Program-made: the position numbers and the translations under genes
Shown: piece by piece, positions 62,763 to 64,000 of the stretch
Position numbering within the stretch: position 1 is the first letter of the stretch
How the letters are laid out: each line of letters starts with the position of its first letter
DNA from: Terriglobia bacterium
Lineage (GTDB): Bacteria > Acidobacteriota > Terriglobia > JAJPHL01 > JAPKYU01
Direction of reading: 5' to 3'
DNA: 64,000 nucleotides
Assembly (NCBI GenBank): GCA_965206645.1
Contig: CBDBKE010000002.1
Location: 800,001 to 864,000 of the forward strand
Notes under the pieces: generated by a model
What the model saw: the letters and a program-made list of their open reading frames with translations, nothing else
Databases searched by the model: none
What the model was told of the DNA's origin: nothing

Positions 62763-63188
62763 ATGACTGAGGAAGCTGTCCAGGCGAGACTGAAACAAGC
62801 CCGGGTCGCCCGGCTGGCTACCGGAGACGAACAAGGCCGTCCCCACATGGTCCCGATCTGTTACGCCTACGATGGCCGGTGCTTCTATACCGCCCTGGAT
62901 CAAAAGCCCAAGCAGGTGCCTCCTGAGAGGCTTGCCAGGGTGCGCCACATCCAGGCGAACCCGAACGTAGCCCTACTGGTTGACGAGTACGGCGAGGATT
63001 GGGAAAAGCTTTGGTACATCCTGGTTCGAGGCAAGGCAGAGATCCTCTCGGAAGGAGAGAAGAACGATAAGGCACTCCGCCTTCTCAAGGAGAAGTATCC
63101 GCAGTATGCGTCTGGCACGCTGCTGCCCCAACGGGCCCCTGTGATCCAAATCGTGCCGACTCAGATCATTGGCTGGGGCAGAGTCTGA
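62763..63188 (+). CDS. PPOX-class (probably F420-dependent) oxidoreductase
   Basis: ARVARLAT, PHMVP, DQKPK, NPNVALLVDEY.EDW, KYPQY. Confidence 0.85.
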   Translation: MTEEAVQARLKQARVARLATGDEQGRPHMVPICYAYDGRCFYTALDQKPKQVPPERLARVRHIQANPNVALLVDEYGEDWEKLWYILVRGKAEILSEGEKNDKALRLLKEKYPQYASGTLLPQRAPVIQIVPTQIIGWGRV

Positions 63189-63366
63189 ACCGCAACGGCG
63201 GGGGCGGCCTGGGAGAGCCCCGGGGGAGCCCCTGAGAGGGCCAATGCTGTCGTGCTCCGGTGTGTCGGGCGGACGACGTAGTTGCGTAACGATTTTTCAT
63301 TGAATCTTTGTACAGCCTATGGCAGGGTAGCGGAGCCTATCAAGTTCACCGAAAAGGAAGAGCGCA

Positions 63367-64000
63367 ATGAAAGTAGGATTTGGCCTCCCGCAGATGGGAC
63401 CGGCTGCCAGCCCGGATGCCGTCGTCAAGGCCGCCCAGCGTGCGGAGGAGCTAGGCTATGACAGCGTGTGGGTGATCGAGCGGTTCCTCTACCCGTTGAA
63501 GCCCCAGACGCCGTACCCGGCGACGCCCGACGGGTCCCTTCCCGATGTCTACAAGCGGGTTCTCGATCCGCTGGCGACCTTAACCTTACTTAGCAGCCAA
63601 GACGTCGCGCGTCGGCTTAGGAACCAGCGTTCTGGATATGCCTTATTACAACCCGGTGATGCTGGCACGCCAGCTTACGACCCTGGATGTGCTTTCGCAA
63701 GGGCGCCTGGGCCTGGGGCTGGGCTGGTCCAAGGACGAGTACGATGCGGTCGGGGCGACATTCAAAGGACGCGGGGCCAGGGCGGATGAGTTTATCCAGG
63801 TGCTCAAGGCCATCTGGACCACCGATCCGGTGGAGTTCCACGGCAAGTTTTACCACATCCCCAAATCCATCATCCAGCCCAAGCCCGTGCAAAAACCGCA
63901 CCCGCCCATCTACTTGGCTTCCTTTAGCGAAGCCGCCCTGAAGCGGGTGGCGAGACTTGCCGATGGCTGGAACCCAGTCGGGATACCGGTAGACGGAATG
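63367..64000 (+). pseudogene. LLM-class (probably F420-dependent) oxidoreductase, frameshift near 63585, runs off the right edge
   Basis: AEELGYDSVWV..LDP, then shifted LAAKTS..LGTSVL..LDVLSQGR..PKPVQKPHPPI. Confidence 0.8.

Overview
A GC-rich bacterial window, probably from Acidobacteriota: it carries a Solibacter-type C-terminal-domain surface protein, a carboxypeptidase-domain TonB receptor, DUF1501 and a PQQ-like propeller. The two ends (about 1-12.7 kb and 59.8-64 kb) hold ordinary metabolic genes: egtD, cyclophilin, NhaP, HugZ-like, gluconolactonase, TPP enzyme, amidase, a GriC/GriD-like pair, lexA, GH20 and F420-type oxidoreductases. The centre (about 13-57 kb) is a heavily IS-shredded defence and mobile island. 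It contains IS5 (IS903-type), three IS3 types, IS21, IS1380 and IS1182 copies or remnants, three IS6-like MITEs, a group II intron scrap and an integron-integrase remnant with a cassette-like gene. It also contains an RSF1010-like mobC-oriT-mobA remnant, a broken type III R-M system, an orphan hsdM coupled to hicBA, Mrr-like, MmeI-like and Eco57I-like fragments, a SIR2-like gene, an Nmad3-like gene and a HEPN gene apparently fused to a primase-like domain. Nearly all IS copies lack target-site duplications, which points to repeated IS-driven deletions. No rRNA, tRNA or CRISPR array was seen. All family calls come from motif recognition by eye, not from database searches.
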